Origin: an uncultured virus (IMG/VR IMGVR_UViG_3300025138_000017)
Lineage: Duplodnaviria; Heunggongvirae; Uroviricota; Caudoviricetes
Length of the DNA stretch: 64,000 bases
IMG/VR virus record: IMGVR_UViG_3300025138_000017
Strand: one strand, 5' to 3'
Below, one piece after another: positions 1 to 9,401 of the stretch; positions within the stretch are counted from its first letter, which is position 1, and the number at the start of each line of letters is the position of its first letter. Made by a program: the position numbers and the translations under genes. Below the pieces are notes generated by a model. That model was not told the DNA's origin. It saw only the letters and a list, made by a program, of their open reading frames with translations, and ran no database searches.

Positions 1-87
1 CAAAACTCTAGTGTCAAATCAACTAACATAACGCATGAGGGTGGTTCACCCACTACCTCACGCGGTTTCTATGTTGGTGCTCAGTAA

Positions 88-987
88 TTAGTCTTCGGCT
101 AATTTCTTAAAGAAATCTAAAGACTCATCATCAGATTCTGATGACATAACTTCTGGTGCAACAGGTGCTGCTGGAGCTGATGGTATTTCAGCTGCTGGCT
201 CAGAACCAAAACTAGATTCTGCTGTTGTAGATGGAGCTGCTCCATCAAGACCTAACACTCTATTGAGCTTCGATTGAAGTTCCTCATAAGTTTTAAAGTT
301 AGTAGGATTAACAAACTCTTGAAGCATGTGCTGTGATTTCCATACTTGCTCTAATTGCTCATCATCATCAGATAAAGGAGCTGAAACGTCTAGCTCAGAT
401 TTATCATAGTTTCTAAATCCTTCTACGTTTCTAATCTTTAGTTTGAAGTCAGCACCTTCCCATAAATCAAATGGGTTGATTGGTGACTCATCTTCGAACT
501 GCGGGTTCATAGATTCGTTTAGTTTGTCAAAGATTTTTTTACCAAACTTGTAAAGGAATACTTTTCCTTCGTTTTCTGGATTAGATGGATCTTTAACAAC
601 ATAGATATTAGAAACAAAGGACAAACGTCTTTTCTGTTTTCTAGCTTTATCTTTGTTGGCTTCAATACCAGAGTTCCATAACATTGAGTTATACTCAGAT
701 ACTGGATCTTTTTGACCAAGAGTGGTCAGAGAGTTCTCAATATACCAACCACCAGTTCCTTGGAAGCCATGATCCCACACTCTTACGAATGGGACATCCT
801 CTCCTTCAGACTCAGGTAGGAATCTAATTACAGCATAACCGTTACCTGCTTTGTCGACTTCTGGTTTCCAGAAACGTTCATCAGGTCCAGGTCCGCTAGA
901 CTTAGATTGTAGTTTATTAAGGGATGCTGTTAGCTTATCAAAACCTTCAGCTCTATTGCGCTTGAGTGCGCCGAATGAATCAGTCAT
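88..987 (-). CDS. 32: T4-like single-stranded DNA-binding protein gp32
   Basis: DERFWKPEVDKAGNGYAVIRFLP, HGFQG-GGWYIENSLTTL and RNYDKS motifs; acidic C-terminal tail (DDESLDFFKKLAED). Confidence 0.97.
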   Translation of the reverse strand: MTDSFGALKRNRAEGFDKLTASLNKLQSKSSGPGPDERFWKPEVDKAGNGYAVIRFLPESEGEDVPFVRVWDHGFQGTGGWYIENSLTTLGQKDPVSEYNSMLWNSGIEANKDKARKQKRRLSFVSNIYVVKDPSNPENEGKVFLYKFGKKIFDKLNESMNPQFEDESPINPFDLWEGADFKLKIRNVEGFRNYDKSELDVSAPLSDDDEQLEQVWKSQHMLQEFVNPTNFKTYEELQSKLNRVLGLDGAAPSTTAESSFGSEPAAEIPSAPAAPVAPEVMSSESDDESLDFFKKLAED

Positions 988-1015
988 ATTTACTCCTATA
1001 TGCGTTGTATGCGAT

Positions 1016-1621
1016 TTATTGCGTTTTATTAAAATTAGAGAGTATTATCTCTCTATACTTATTTATATCAACATTAAGAAAGGGTTGGTACTTTATGGCT
1101 TTCAATTTAATGTCAGGCCACATAATATCATCACTTAATTCTTTATCCCAATATGCGAACATTTTACAACATCTATTAATTAAAGTCAACGTTTCAATAC
1201 AAATATCTCCACGCATATATAATCTCAATAGATAAGGATGCTCGTTCTTAGGCACAATGATATTGTCATTGAAGTCATCTTTCATTTTAGCTATATCGCC
1301 TTTAAAAATATAAGTTAGAGATTGATGTCTCTTTTTATATTCCATGTAGATGTCTTCAGCACTATCTTCTCTTATACTGCCAATATAAAAATCTTTACTA
1401 CCTATAAAGTTAGCTACAAGAAACTCCACTGGGTCTTTCTTCTTGCTTAGTTTATAGAAAAAGTATTTGTCTTTTCTTGTTTCAAATGTCTGGCGCCAGG
1501 CTTTGACTTTACCATTGTATTTAAAATAGTCGTAGTTCTTGTCACTAAAGTGAGACTTCAGTGCTAAGTATTTTACATATGCGTCATATGGGTCCACTTG
1601 TTTAAGCCTGCCTTGCAGCAA
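1016..1621 (-). CDS. 59: T4-like helicase loader gp59
   Basis: YLALKSHF...YDYFKYNGK N-terminus, RKDKYFFYKL; canonical position upstream of gene 32. Confidence 0.92.
   Translation of the reverse strand: MLQGRLKQVDPYDAYVKYLALKSHFSDKNYDYFKYNGKVKAWRQTFETRKDKYFFYKLSKKKDPVEFLVANFIGSKDFYIGSIREDSAEDIYMEYKKRHQSLTYIFKGDIAKMKDDFNDNIIVPKNEHPYLLRLYMRGDICIETLTLINRCCKMFAYWDKELSDDIMWPDIKLKAIKYQPFLNVDINKYREIILSNFNKTQ
1060..1067 (-). promoter_or_regulatory. T4-type late promoter TATAAATA upstream of gene 32
   Basis: Exact TATAAATA on the minus strand inside the 3' end of gene 59. Confidence 0.6.
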
Positions 1622-2384
1622 AGTTCTTTACTCCATTTAATTCGCGACACTTAATACACTTGCCGCATTCACCAATTACTTTTGTATTATCTTTATTATA
1701 CACTAGATCGCCACAAGTGACAACAGCTTTTTGCATTTCTCTTGGTAACGTATTCCATAAATGTAATTTAGTTCTATGACCTATAGGTGATTTAAACTCT
1801 GTATGTATTCCGTAGTCTTTAAGATTGCTGATGTATCCATCAAATAATTTTTTATGCCTATCATCATAGTTGGTTGCGTCTAGTCCAAATGGCATTGCAG
1901 GTCTTCGCTCTAGTACGCCATCTTCATTGTAGTCATACAGCCCATCTGCACGTCCATCATCAAATTCTAGCTGTCCTCCATAGCACATACCAAAATGTAT
2001 TTCTTTAATCCATGGATTTGCAAAATTAATCATATATGCTATTGCAGGCCATTTAGATAATATTGGTATTGTATTAGATATGCCTGCTGTTCTAGGTTTA
2101 CCTTTGTTGTATTTTTTTGTTCTTTCTCTGTCTATAAAGCCATTGAGATTGTGTTCTGGCTCTAATTTCCAATTGATTACATTGACATTATAATAGTCTT
2201 CTATTTTTTTTATTACTGATCTATGCCATGCATTATTTTTTATGTTAGATGTAAACTCATATCTAAAGATGTATGGCTTTCTTCCATTCTTCAAAAGCCA
2301 ATGTAATAATGCAACACAATCCATACCGCCAGACATGGCCAATATGCAATCTGCATCTTTTAAATCGTACGGTTTATTCTTCAT
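1602..2384 (-). CDS. QueC-like PP-loop ATPase (7-cyano-7-deazaguanine synthase family)
   Basis: ILAMSGGMDC PP-loop; C-terminal TC...ECGKCIKC zinc site. Confidence 0.75.
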   Translation of the reverse strand: MKNKPYDLKDADCILAMSGGMDCVALLHWLLKNGRKPYIFRYEFTSNIKNNAWHRSVIKKIEDYYNVNVINWKLEPEHNLNGFIDRERTKKYNKGKPRTAGISNTIPILSKWPAIAYMINFANPWIKEIHFGMCYGGQLEFDDGRADGLYDYNEDGVLERRPAMPFGLDATNYDDRHKKLFDGYISNLKDYGIHTEFKSPIGHRTKLHLWNTLPREMQKAVVTCGDLVYNKDNTKVIGECGKCIKCRELNGVKNFAARQA

Positions 2385-2661
2385 CTAAAGGTAATCTACT
2401 TTGTTTTTGAACGAGGTTTAAACCTTCTGCGTTCTCATACAAGATTGCCTTTAGCTTTTGATTTCTCTGTATTAGAGACGCCAGTGTTTCTGGTTCTACT
2501 TCTTCGTTTCTTTCTAAAAAGTCTTGTACTGCATCAAGGTGAGTTATCTTACCTTTTGCATCTACTACAGCTTCTTCAATAGCACGAGCAAATTCAGCTG
2601 ATGATAATACTTTCAGCTCTACTTGTTTCTTACTCACACAAACTCCCATGGAGTGTTCCAT
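2374..2661 (-). CDS. 33: Late transcription co-activator gp33-like
   Basis: FARAIEE...HLDAV...E.LASLI...LKAILYENAEGLNLV pattern; position upstream of genes 59/32. Confidence 0.75.
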   Translation of the reverse strand: MEHSMGVCVSKKQVELKVLSSAEFARAIEEAVVDAKGKITHLDAVQDFLERNEEVEPETLASLIQRNQKLKAILYENAEGLNLVQKQSRLPLDEE

Positions 2662-3434
2662 AATCTTTTCCTATATTTTTTATAAGGATCCAAATTCTTG
2701 ACCCTTACAAAGTTTATTATTGGAGATGCTTGTTTCTGCTTTCTTGACTCTTGTCTAATATAGAATGGATCCCTCTTTGGAACCTTAACAATCATTCTAT
2801 GGTTATCAGAATCAGATAGCAAATCATAATCCCATTCCTTAACGCCCGGTCTTCCAATACCAGTAAAGAATTCTGCATCACCATGCCTTACACCCTGAAA
2901 CTCTAAATCATATCCACCTGTGGACCAAAAACATTCTTTGCTCATTATCCATGTATTAGGATGTGTCACGTATTTAATTATTCCTTTGGGATCCAGCAAT
3001 TCATATGAAGACATTTCTTCCGGCATCTCCATATCTGCTTTAGGAGCATACCACATGCCATCTTTTAATTCTTTAAAGAATCTTAAATACTTGTACATTC
3101 CAACAGACTCAAAGCAATCAACATCCATTAATAACATCCAATCGGTCTTACATTGCTTAACGCCTATGTTTCTACAAGCATGAGAATTAAATCCCATATC
3201 TTCCATTACATCAATGCCTGTAAGATCAAATCTGTCTCTGTGTACTTTAATTACTTCTCTAAAATAGTCTCTGCCTTTTTCATGGCCATCATTTATTACT
3301 ATTAGTCTAGGAGTCAAATGAGGATACTGCTGTGCCATAGAATTATAGAATTGCATTTGATTAAACAAATGATTCTCTTGGCCATACCAGGTCATAATTA
3401 CGGTGAGATCATTTAATGTTTTTGCTGTTGTCAT
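2634..3434 (-). CDS. Glycosyltransferase, GT-A fold (GT2-like)
   Basis: VINDG, CRNIG, LLMDVD (DxD), TGGYDLEF...HGD motifs. Confidence 0.8.
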   Translation of the reverse strand: MTTAKTLNDLTVIMTWYGQENHLFNQMQFYNSMAQQYPHLTPRLIVINDGHEKGRDYFREVIKVHRDRFDLTGIDVMEDMGFNSHACRNIGVKQCKTDWMLLMDVDCFESVGMYKYLRFFKELKDGMWYAPKADMEMPEEMSSYELLDPKGIIKYVTHPNTWIMSKECFWSTGGYDLEFQGVRHGDAEFFTGIGRPGVKEWDYDLLSDSDNHRMIVKVPKRDPFYIRQESRKQKQASPIINFVRVKNLDPYKKYRKRLWNTPWEFV

Positions 3435-3435
3435 A

Positions 3436-4128
3436 CTATGTTGCCCAACGATTATTGAGCATCTCTTGCTCTGCTTTTATCCATCTGCTGCTATAAAAAG
3501 TTTCAGTGTAGTCATCAAACCAAGGTCCGCCATCTGTATAATGAATAGCCTTTGGATTGTCTAAGTGGTAGTAGTCGTCTAAGCAATTCCATTCTAAAGG
3601 TATGCTTCCTATTTCTTCATCATCAAGCCATCTTAATTGGTGGAAATCTAATCCTGGTCTATGATTGTTACAATACTCTGGTGTCAATATTTTATTAGAA
3701 GGATGTTCGTTGTTAAAAGCCATAAAGCTAGCCCAGTTTTTTCTAAACGCTCTGTGCTGAGGAACGCCATCCATTTTTATTTGACTGTTAGGAATATATC
3801 CAGGATGCTGACAGCAATATGCTGCTTTGCTATTGTCAAATGTATCTATTAGCTTAGCTGGATCATCTAAGAAAAGAAAATCACAATCAACAAAGAATGA
3901 CCACCCTTTAAAGTTGGACAAGAATGGTACCCAGAATCTGGTAAATGTAAAGTCGGTTGATTGAACCTCTCCCCAGTTACGGTTATAGGATTCAATATCT
4001 TCACTAAAAAGTTTATTGACTTTTAGTTTAGAATTACGTAAGCTGTATTCGCATACTTCGTATGCTCTAGTTTCTCTGCTGTCGTAACCTATGAAAATTT
4101 GGTTCTGTGAGCCAGTATTTGTACTCAT
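3436..4128 (-). CDS. Glycosyltransferase (GT8-like); start probably at MSTNTG or later
   Basis: IFIGYDSRE, QSTDFTFTRF, FVDCDFLF, RKNWAS, EWN, IHYTDGGPWF motifs. Confidence 0.8.
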   Translation of the reverse strand: MSTNTGSQNQIFIGYDSRETRAYEVCEYSLRNSKLKVNKLFSEDIESYNRNWGEVQSTDFTFTRFWVPFLSNFKGWSFFVDCDFLFLDDPAKLIDTFDNSKAAYCCQHPGYIPNSQIKMDGVPQHRAFRKNWASFMAFNNEHPSNKILTPEYCNNHRPGLDFHQLRWLDDEEIGSIPLEWNCLDDYYHLDNPKAIHYTDGGPWFDDYTETFYSSRWIKAEQEMLNNRWAT

Positions 4129-4975
4129 GTATCCATTCCTCTCTCTTTTGTATACTTTGCTGAAAATATTCTTCAGTAAGTTCTGGGTGATAATCACTCC
4201 AGTATTCAAATATTATTGCCCATGGGAATGCTTTTTTAGTTAAGCTGCCTTTTGAAAATATAATCATTGGCATGCCTAGTAGTCTAGCAATCCACATATG
4301 GGCTCCATGATACCCTATAACACCCCTACTTTGCAACATTAAGTCAACAACTTTTTTCATTGGTGTTGCATAATGTACGTGTCTAGGATCCCATCCACGT
4401 TTCTTAATTAGGTCTCCTACTCTTGGCCAAGCCATTCCGGAAGGTGTGTTTGCGAGCGGGTCCTTCCATGCTTTGCCAGCGTCGTAGTCGGCTAATTGTT
4501 GTTTGTGTTTAATGCTAGTAACCATAGTAATTTTATTGTATGTACTAAAAGCATTGTCCCCATCATTCATCCCGTATTGAGAGAATCTCATGTTATGAAG
4601 CTCCATATCTTTTGAGTCATAATTGTCATGATTGTATCCTAGAGGACTATCGTATACGTGTTCTATTCCTACATCCCAGAAAGGAGGTTTCTTTATTATG
4701 TTGTTTGTTATAGATATCCATTGTTGGATAGTTTCTGAATCTGATTCTTTATATAACTTAGGTTCAGGATCTGGCCAATGGAATTTTAGAACTACATCTG
4801 TACTGTTCTTTTCTGCCATATTATAAGCATACGAAATTGGTGATATTATATCACCGTAACCTATCTTACCTTTCCAATTGATTATTAAAGGATCAAAGTT
4901 ATCTCTTATACTATGTTCTTTATAGTCTTGGAGAGGATGATCTAATCTAAATGGTGTGTCCGGATTATTTGGCAT
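4067..4975 (-). CDS. Hypothetical protein, possibly GT-B glycosyltransferase-like
   Basis: IGYGD N-terminal motif and IGYHGAHMWIARLLGMP resemble GT9-like segments; sits in the glycosylation cluster. Confidence 0.45.
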   Translation of the reverse strand: MPNNPDTPFRLDHPLQDYKEHSIRDNFDPLIINWKGKIGYGDIISPISYAYNMAEKNSTDVVLKFHWPDPEPKLYKESDSETIQQWISITNNIIKKPPFWDVGIEHVYDSPLGYNHDNYDSKDMELHNMRFSQYGMNDGDNAFSTYNKITMVTSIKHKQQLADYDAGKAWKDPLANTPSGMAWPRVGDLIKKRGWDPRHVHYATPMKKVVDLMLQSRGVIGYHGAHMWIARLLGMPMIIFSKGSLTKKAFPWAIIFEYWSDYHPELTEEYFQQSIQKREEWIHEYKYWLTEPNFHRLRQQRN

Positions 4976-5004
4976 TCACTGTCCTGTTAATATTAAAGGT
5001 GATA

Positions 5005-5103
5005 ATGTGGCCCCTCGTTCTGTACCCTCGCCCATTTATCCGACAATCCCCCGCTCTTGATTGTCTTTCCGCGGGTAGAGCTACCAGATGCTCTACCGAA
5101 TAT
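5005..5103 (-). ncRNA. Candidate structured RNA / 5' leader
   Basis: GC-rich intergenic segment directly after a consensus sigma70 promoter; two perfect hairpins (5074-5097, 5042-5065). Confidence 0.5.
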
Positions 5104-5109
5104 GAGTTT

Positions 5110-5138
5110 ATTATACAGCTCTATTGACTGGAAGTCAA
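5110..5138 (-). promoter_or_regulatory. sigma70-type early promoter TTGACT-N17-TATAAT
   Basis: Near-consensus hexamers (TTGACT, TATAAT) with 17-nt spacer. Confidence 0.85.
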
Positions 5139-5654
5139 CGGCCAACTGAAACTCATTGTCATTCTTTCGCCAAATATAATAGGAGTATGATATACCCCGC
5201 TACGTATATATATTGCATCACCAGGCGACAAAACAAAAGAAGAATTTTCTTTTTCGCCATATGGGCTTTCTACAGTATACGCAACTGTGTTCCAACACTG
5301 CAATATAATAACATCCATACCATCTTTATGTCTTCCAAAACTAAATCCGTCTGGTATCCAATTGGCATAAATGTGTTGTTGAGAGAACTTAAACCTTTTT
5401 TTCATATACCTGGCAACCTTTTCAGATTCAGGCTCGAACTCTCCCTTAAATTGTAACCATCTATTGTTATAGTTTATTTCTTTTAGAGGTTGTAGATACT
5501 TTTTCTTGTCGGCATGTTGATATGCTTTTACTACATCTAATGCAGTTAAATTAACATCGACCAGGTTACGCATGATCTTAAATCCTGCTGTGTAACCCTC
5601 ATACAAATCATCATAAATGTCTGTACCTTTTAGTGATTCAAATTGCGTGGCCAT
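5121..5654 (-). CDS. JmjC/cupin-like 2OG-Fe(II) oxygenase
   Basis: FGRHKD (HxD), LSPGDAIYI..GVYH, R.TMSF. Confidence 0.75.
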   Translation of the reverse strand: MATQFESLKGTDIYDDLYEGYTAGFKIMRNLVDVNLTALDVVKAYQHADKKKYLQPLKEINYNNRWLQFKGEFEPESEKVARYMKKRFKFSQQHIYANWIPDGFSFGRHKDGMDVIILQCWNTVAYTVESPYGEKENSSFVLSPGDAIYIRSGVYHTPIIFGERMTMSFSWPLTSSQ

Positions 5655-6174
5655 ACCAACTTATCAACACTAAACGGTTGCCCCTTTCAACTTGACCTAC
5701 TCCATGCATTAATTGTTTATCGTATACCAACGATTGTCCTACATGCATATCAATTACTTTTGGAATGCATCTATCGCCTATAGGCGCATCTCCCTTTCTA
5801 TATTTGTTCTCTGGCCTGCCCCTTTTTTCGTATGGCAACATGGCTAATGCTTGGCCACCTTTTAAGTCATCTGATGCATCTAAGAATGTGACGATAGTTA
5901 ATCCAACTGCATCATCGTTATCGGTATGAAATTTAGTAAACGATTCTTCTGTATAGTCTAGGAAGTAATGTCTAAATGTTTTTTCATGGTTAGATGCATA
6001 TTGATCTATTGCTCCAAAGCATTCCATTTCAACTTGCGACTTTTCAGGATGCCTTTTATCTACATCAAATAAATTGTAGTCTTGATGTGCTAGCTCTGAT
6101 GGCAATGAATTGTACACATCTATTAATTGTTTTCTGTGAGTATCGCTTATAATGTTTTCAATTTTGTAATACAT
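5638..6174 (-). CDS. 2OG-Fe(II) oxygenase
   Basis: FHTD (HxD), LKGG, HGVGQVERGNRLVLISW. Confidence 0.8.
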   Translation of the reverse strand: MYYKIENIISDTHRKQLIDVYNSLPSELAHQDYNLFDVDKRHPEKSQVEMECFGAIDQYASNHEKTFRHYFLDYTEESFTKFHTDNDDAVGLTIVTFLDASDDLKGGQALAMLPYEKRGRPENKYRKGDAPIGDRCIPKVIDMHVGQSLVYDKQLMHGVGQVERGNRLVLISWYGHAI

Positions 6175-6207
6175 AAAAAAAGGTCCCTATAATATATATT
6201 TAACGCC

Positions 6208-6234
6208 AAAAGGGCCCTACAGGGCCCTTTCTTT
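6208..6234. terminator. Intrinsic terminator hairpin (probably bidirectional) after the DUF932 gene
   Basis: AAAAGGGCCC-TACA-GGGCCCTTT inverted repeat with A/T flanks. Confidence 0.75.
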
Positions 6235-6246
6235 GTAGCTACTTAA

Positions 6247-7221
6247 TTAAGCAGCTTCTGCAAAAGCAAGAGCAGACTCTAACGCCTTAACCTTCTTGAC
6301 TTTATTGACACCGTACCAAGCAGAGTTGATTCTGGAATCATTTTCTCTACCAAGCTCGTGGTCAGTCAAATATGTTACAGCGTTGAATGCTTGCCAGAAT
6401 GAACCTTCTGCGTATTGCGCGCCAGGTTGAGTTCCAACAACTTCCATTGCTCTCTTTGCATTTTTAGATCCATACTTAAGGAAGTCCTCAGTATTAGCTG
6501 GATCGAATCCAATGCCTTTCACTTTAGGGTTCTGATTAGCGAACACTGTAGTGAAATAAGTTCTAAGAGACTCAGGAGTATAACGCTTAGAAGATAAGAA
6601 CTGAGCCATATCTTTATAAGTTTCCATTTTGCCTTTAGCAACTCCAAGTAGCTCTTTAGCTTCTTGAACATCAAACGCTTTCTTATGGTTAAGAGAAACT
6701 TGATAGTCTCCTTTCTGAGCAAGAGAAAGAGTAAGCGTATTGTTACATACAACTCTTATAGGAGTAAACCTAATATCTACTGCTCTACCATACATATGTG
6801 GATTAGTTAGAAGCAAATAAGAATCTACTTTATCTCCACCGTTAATTGTAAAGTCATCCTTTACTTTAGCAAGTGCCCAAACTCTTTTACCGTCTTGTAA
6901 AGAACCAGCAGTATGCATTTCCATATCACCAGCATCACAAAACTCTCTAAAGAATTCAAACGCATCTGAGTTTTGAACAGGAACCCAGTTTTCCTTTACC
7001 ATGTCAAGAGGCATTCCATCAGAACTTCTCACTAACATATCGTGACCAGAATAGATTTTCTCGCCATTGAAATCTGCTAATGCAGGAATCTTTTCGACTT
7101 GCCAATCTAAACCAGCTTCTCTGATCATATCGTCTACGCCGATACCATCTGCTACTTTCGTACCAAGACCATGCCAAGGAAGTTCCCCTGCGTAAGCCAT
7201 TGTTTCTACCATATGTGCCAT
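6247..7221 (-). CDS. DUF932 / TIGR03299-family phage protein
   Basis: MAHMVETMAYAGELPWHGLG, TAGSL.DG, TPIRVVCNNTL, WQAFNAVT motifs. Confidence 0.85.
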   Translation of the reverse strand: MAHMVETMAYAGELPWHGLGTKVADGIGVDDMIREAGLDWQVEKIPALADFNGEKIYSGHDMLVRSSDGMPLDMVKENWVPVQNSDAFEFFREFCDAGDMEMHTAGSLQDGKRVWALAKVKDDFTINGGDKVDSYLLLTNPHMYGRAVDIRFTPIRVVCNNTLTLSLAQKGDYQVSLNHKKAFDVQEAKELLGVAKGKMETYKDMAQFLSSKRYTPESLRTYFTTVFANQNPKVKGIGFDPANTEDFLKYGSKNAKRAMEVVGTQPGAQYAEGSFWQAFNAVTYLTDHELGRENDSRINSAWYGVNKVKKVKALESALAFAEAA

Positions 7222-7256
7222 AATTTATTTCTCCTATTAGTTTAAATTATACAGCT

Positions 7257-7285
7257 ATTATACAAAATAGTTCATTTAAAGTCAA
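7257..7285 (-). promoter_or_regulatory. sigma70-type early promoter
   Basis: TTGACT-N17-TATAAT. Confidence 0.85.
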
Positions 7286-7293
7286 CAGTTATT

Positions 7294-7824
7294 TTAAATT
7301 ATTTTTGCATTAATTATTCTGGCTATGTTTTGTACCCATTCATTAATACGATCATCTGACATTTCTGGTTGGTTTTCTTCATCTAAGCAAAGACCCCAGA
7401 ATACTCCTTCAGTCATTACGGCTTGTGATTCTTTAAAGTCATGGCCATCAGTAGTGGTTAAACATTCAACTGATCCACCAGCCTCTGTTACTGCTCTACC
7501 TAATAAGCCTACAGCATCGCAATAGTAAGTAGGGTATCCTACCTGATCGCCTAGCCCATATATGAATATAGTCTTGTCTGTAAAGTTAGTGTCTTTGAAA
7601 GTAGGGAGATACCAATTCCAATCTTGAGACATCTCTCCATCAAACCACGTTGGCGCTCCTAATATATAATAATCATGCGACGTCCAATCTTCTGGTTGGA
7701 TGTCATGTACCATTACTATCTCTGACTCTATATTATAATGCTCTAAGAGCTCCTTCTTAATATACTTAGCATGGTACTCTGTATTACCAGTATCGGTTCC
7801 TACTACTATTTTTACCTTATTCAT
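7294..7824 (-). CDS. fldA: Long-chain flavodoxin
   Basis: GTDTGNTE FMN loop, GAPTWFDGE, YGLGDQ.GY, GLCLDEENQ. Confidence 0.9.
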   Translation of the reverse strand: MNKVKIVVGTDTGNTEYHAKYIKKELLEHYNIESEIVMVHDIQPEDWTSHDYYILGAPTWFDGEMSQDWNWYLPTFKDTNFTDKTIFIYGLGDQVGYPTYYCDAVGLLGRAVTEAGGSVECLTTTDGHDFKESQAVMTEGVFWGLCLDEENQPEMSDDRINEWVQNIARIINAKII

Positions 7825-7935
7825 TATTTTTCCTTATCTATACCTGACCTACTCACAGACGAGATGATCCACTAAAAAGAATCAAAAGTCAACAGCTAAT
7901 ATATATATTTTAGTAAAAAGTTAAAAAAGTCGATA

Positions 7936-7964
7936 TTGACTTTTAATCTAAATTGTAGTATAAT
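7936..7964 (+). promoter_or_regulatory. sigma70-type promoter (the ORF-track TTG start is this -35 box)
   Basis: TTGACT-N17-TATAAT. Confidence 0.85.
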
Positions 7965-7974
7965 GGACTCTATT

Positions 7975-8784
7975 ATGATAAAAGCGAAAATGATTTGCGA
8001 TTTCAATAATCCCATCTCTGTTGCGTATTCAAAGATAGCTCTCAAGACTTGGGAAGCTGTTGAGAATGTTGAGGTCGAAAGGTTTCAATGTTATACGCCC
8101 GCTACTATAAACGATGCACCTTTTAAAATCAACTGGGGCAAATATAGTAGTGCTGGTAAGTATAAAACAAACAGACATGAGATAACTCCGACAGAGAAGG
8201 CATGCCTTACCTCAATGTTTCATTGGTGGAAGCATATAGCTGATACAGGAGAGCAAGTTATTATATTAGAACATGATGCATATGTCACTCACCCTAAAAA
8301 ACTGATGGCGCTAGTTGACGAGATAGAAGGTAAAGATTTGTGGTGTGTTGGCATTGCAATGGAATGTGTATCAATGTCACCTGGCTTTGCAAGATACTGT
8401 ATGAGTAAGTGGCAGACAGTTAATGAAATGATTGATGCAGGACCAATGGCAGAGCTGTTTACAGCATTTACAGAATATACTGACATGCTCGATAGATTTG
8501 ATGGCAAGAAAGAAAAAATTGAGGTACAGAAACTTTCTAGCAAAGCCAAAAGAGCAAGATTGTTATGGCCTACTATTCATTCAAAGAATAAATTAGGAAT
8601 GTCTAATAGATGGAAAGAAGCACTGAGTGGTACAAAGGGATTACAGAATGCTCCAGTTACTCAATGCTTTTATCCTAAAGTAGACTCGACAATAGAGCAT
8701 AGCAAGAAGTTAGGATCAATTTACGAACCAACAACATACAGACAATTACACATACTGGAGAAACTATATGAAAGAGGAAGCTAG
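7975..8784 (+). CDS. GT25-like glycosyltransferase
   Basis: TEKACLTSMFHWW...VIILEHDA matches the GT25 pattern; start placed after the promoter. Confidence 0.6.
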   Translation: MIKAKMICDFNNPISVAYSKIALKTWEAVENVEVERFQCYTPATINDAPFKINWGKYSSAGKYKTNRHEITPTEKACLTSMFHWWKHIADTGEQVIILEHDAYVTHPKKLMALVDEIEGKDLWCVGIAMECVSMSPGFARYCMSKWQTVNEMIDAGPMAELFTAFTEYTDMLDRFDGKKEKIEVQKLSSKAKRARLLWPTIHSKNKLGMSNRWKEALSGTKGLQNAPVTQCFYPKVDSTIEHSKKLGSIYEPTTYRQLHILEKLYERGS

Positions 8785-9388
8785 ATTAGCAGCAGCAGAA
8801 AGATTGGCAAAGGCTAGAGAGGAGAGGTATAAAAAGAACCCTCCTAAGTATACTCAGTTTGCACCATCAGTTGTAGCATTAGATGATGACCATGACTTTA
8901 GTTTAAAAAATGTACGTGAATGGATTAAAGAAGCTAAGATGCATAAAACTTCTGAACATAGATCCCATGTTGGTGGAGATAAATCTGCACTTGCAAGAAG
9001 AATAACTTGGGAAGGTTATATTTCTCAATTAGATGGCTATTTGAGAACCGGTGATTATACCAGTCCATTTGCTGGAGGCGATATGGAAAGAAAAGTAAAG
9101 AGAGCATGTATTGCAATGGCATACTTTCCTAACGGAAAACCTAAAAGAGAGTTTGGCGTATTCTATAATGACTATATGCAAGACTGGACACCAGAGCTAG
9201 AGAATGAAGAGCGAGAAAGTTATGGTATGCCTAAACTTGAGTTTACAGAAAAAGGTCATATACTAGTTTCAACATCTAGTGCTAAGAAGACTACCAAGTC
9301 TAAAAAGAAAAGAAAGCCAATGGGATTATTACAGAAGCAAGCATTTGTTGATAGAATGAAGAAAGCACGTGAAGCTAAACAAAAGTGA
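8768..9388 (+). CDS. Conserved hypothetical T4-like phage protein
   Basis: ERLAKARE N-terminus, YLRTGDY; coupled ORF with RBS. Confidence 0.65.
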   Translation: MKEEARLAAAERLAKAREERYKKNPPKYTQFAPSVVALDDDHDFSLKNVREWIKEAKMHKTSEHRSHVGGDKSALARRITWEGYISQLDGYLRTGDYTSPFAGGDMERKVKRACIAMAYFPNGKPKREFGVFYNDYMQDWTPELENEERESYGMPKLEFTEKGHILVSTSSAKKTTKSKKKRKPMGLLQKQAFVDRMKKAREAKQK

Positions 9389-9401
9389 GCTAAATACTTC
9401 C

